Assembly (NCBI GenBank): GCA_030835025.1 | Contig: JAUQWS010000134.1 | Location: forward strand, 2,110-66,109 | Length of the DNA: 64,000 bases | Source of the DNA: Ignavibacteria bacterium | GTDB taxonomy: Bacteria; Bacteroidota; Ignavibacteria; Tepidaquicellales; OLB5 | Direction of reading: 5' to 3' | Shown here: piece by piece, positions 62,589 to 64,000 of the stretch | How the letters are laid out: the number at the start of each line of letters is the position of its first letter | How positions within the stretch are numbered: the stretch's first letter is position 1 | The notes under the pieces: model-generated | Seen by the model: the letters and a program-made list of their open reading frames with translations, nothing else | What the model was told of the DNA's origin: nothing | The model's database searches: none | Made by a program: the position numbers and the translations under genes

Positions 62589-64000
62589 CAGTCCTGAGAC
62601 TCTCAAGAACCGAGAAATCTTCCAATGTAGTTGTATCACCTGTTACGCTGCCCTGTGTTGCAATTTCACGGAGCAGTCGCCGCATGATCTTGCCGCTTCT
62701 TGTTTTAGGCAGTGCTTCGGTGAATCTTATATCGTCAGGCCTTGCAAGCGCACCGATCTGGTGTGTGACCCATTCCTTAAGCTCAGCGTTAAGTTCATCA
62801 CTTGGGTGGAACTTCCCTTCAAGTGTTACAAACGCAGATATAGCACTGCCTTTCAGCTCATCAGGCTTGCCTACGACGGCAGCTTCTGCGACCTTTGGAT
62901 GAGCAACAAGTGCAGATTCAACTTCTGCAGTGCCTATCCTGTGCCCGCTTACGTTGATAACATCATCCACACGGCCCATTATCCAGTAATACCCGTCTTT
63001 ATCCTTCCTTGCCCCGTCCCCGGTGAAATAGACGCCTTTAAACTCGCTCCAGTACTGCTTCTTATATCTTTCATCGTCTCCGTAAATTGTCCGCAGCATA
63101 GATGGCCACGGATGCTTTATCACGTAATAACCGCCTTCATTTGCTTTGCAGGCCTTGCCTTCCTTTGAAACAACCTCGGGCTGTATACCGAAGAAAGGAA
63201 GCGTTGCAGTTCCCGGCTTAGTTGGTGTTGCTCCCGGAAGCGGCGTTACCATAATAGCCCCGGTTTCGGTCTGCCACCACGTATCTACTATCGGGCACTT
63301 CCCTTTCCCTATAACCTTATAATACCACATCCATGCCTCGGGGTTGATAGGTTCGCCTACTGTTCCAAGCAGCCTCAGTGAATCAAGCTTATGCCTCAGC
63401 GGCCACTCCTCACCCCATTTAATAAACGCTCTTATTGCTGTTGGTGCCGTATAAAAGATATTTACTTTGTACTTATCAATTATTTCCCAAAACCTGTCGG
63501 GATCGGGGTGATTGGGCGAGCCTTCGTACATCAGCGTTGTTGCCCCGTTCATAAGCGGACCGTATACAACATATGAGTGTCCGGTTACCCAGCCCGCATC
63601 GGCTGTGCACCAGTAAACATCTTCATCCCTTATATCAAAAACATATTTTGTTGTGATATAAACCTGTGTCATGTATCCGCCGGTAGTGTGCAGTATTCCC
63701 TTGGGCTTTCCGGTTGTACCCGAAGTGTAAAGGATGTAAAGCGGGTGTTCGGAATCAAGCGGTTCAGCAGGGCAAACATCATCAACACCCTTCATCAGTT
63801 CACTGTACCAGTGGTCTCTTCCGTAATGGAACTCAATATGATGGTCAGTTCTGTTTACAACAATTACATTCTCAATAGTCGGGCAGTCAGGCATAGCTTC
63901 ATCAACTGCTGCTTTCAGGTTAACCACTTTCCCGCGCCTGTATCCGCCATCGGCAGTTATTACCATCTTTGCCTGGGCGTCGTTAATTCTGTCAACCAAA
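62578..64000 (-). CDS. acs: Acetyl-CoA synthetase (AMP-forming), 5' end outside the window
   Basis: Contains [26 protein letters not shown] and [15 protein letters not shown]. The frame is open to the window edge. Confidence 0.95.
   Translation of the reverse strand, partial: LVDRINDAQAKMVITADGGYRRGKVVNLKAAVDEAMPDCPTIENVIVVNRTDHHIEFHYGRDHWYSELMKGVDDVCPAEPLDSEHPLYILYTSGTTGKPKGILHTTGGYMTQVYITTKYVFDIRDEDVYWCTADAGWVTGHSYVVYGPLMNGATTLMYEGSPNHPDPDRFWEIIDKYKVNIFYTAPTAIRAFIKWGEEWPLRHKLDSLRLLGTVGEPINPEAWMWYYKVIGKGKCPIVDTWWQTETGAIMVTPLPGATPTKPGTATLPFFGIQPEVVSKEGKACKANEGGYYVIKHPWPSMLRTIYGDDERYKKQYWSEFKGVYFTGDGARKDKDGYYWIMGRVDDVINVSGHRIGTAEVESALVAHPKVAEAAVVGKPDELKGSAISAFVTLEGKFHPSDELNAELKEWVTHQIGALARPDDIRFTEALPKTRSGKIMRRLLREIATQGSVTGDTTTLEDFSVLESLRTDEE

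Noticed and set aside
1-64000. Scanned for CRISPR arrays, regularly spaced repeats, rRNA, and phage or defence-system genes.
   Set aside because: Repeats found are isolated palindromes without constant spacing. I recognised no cas, RT, integrase, toxin-antitoxin, restriction or nuclease/ATPase defence-type proteins in any frame.

Overview
Compact, AT-rich (about 40% GC by eye, not computed) bacterial chromosome segment with about 70 protein genes and 2 tRNAs, mostly on the minus strand. Lineage inference: an FCB-group bacterium (Ignavibacteriota/Bacteroidota-like). This rests on five proteins ending in T9SS type-A C-terminal sorting domains (NPFNP...YFY..L....KKM.L.K), two PorV/PorQ-family barrels, and TAnnTTTG '-7' boxes upstream of many genes. 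Some genes also carry clear Shine-Dalgarno sites.

Housekeeping blocks: ggt-mlaD-greA-ribBA-yajC-tgt; VOC-vanZ-nnr-rpe-PASTA; htrA; a split transketolase; plsY-pheS-rplT-rpmI-infC-thrS, where infC has an ATT start; tRNA-Val; purB; tRNA-Ser; a long-chain acyl-CoA ligase; and acs (truncated at the window edge).

Accessory content:
- A Wzx/Wzy-type polysaccharide locus with AsnB-like and FemAB-like modification genes, ending in two PorV/PorQ barrels.
- A block of uncharacterised outer-membrane and T9SS-cargo genes.
- Dispersed complex I genes: an orphan nuoI coupled to a T9SS cargo gene, and a terminated nuoAB stub.
- An egtB/egtD ergothioneine pair sharing a divergent promoter region with an OpuC/EgtU-type fused SBP-permease ABC transporter and a coupled miniprotein.
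- A three-member family of uncharacterised glycine-zipper membrane proteins.
- Several families of GC-rich palindromic (REP/MITE-like) intergenic elements.

I found no CRISPR array, integrase, transposase, phage genes or recognisable defence system. The best candidates for something new are the egt-transporter module and the glycine-zipper paralog family. Both are inferences from sequence reading only, with no searches run.
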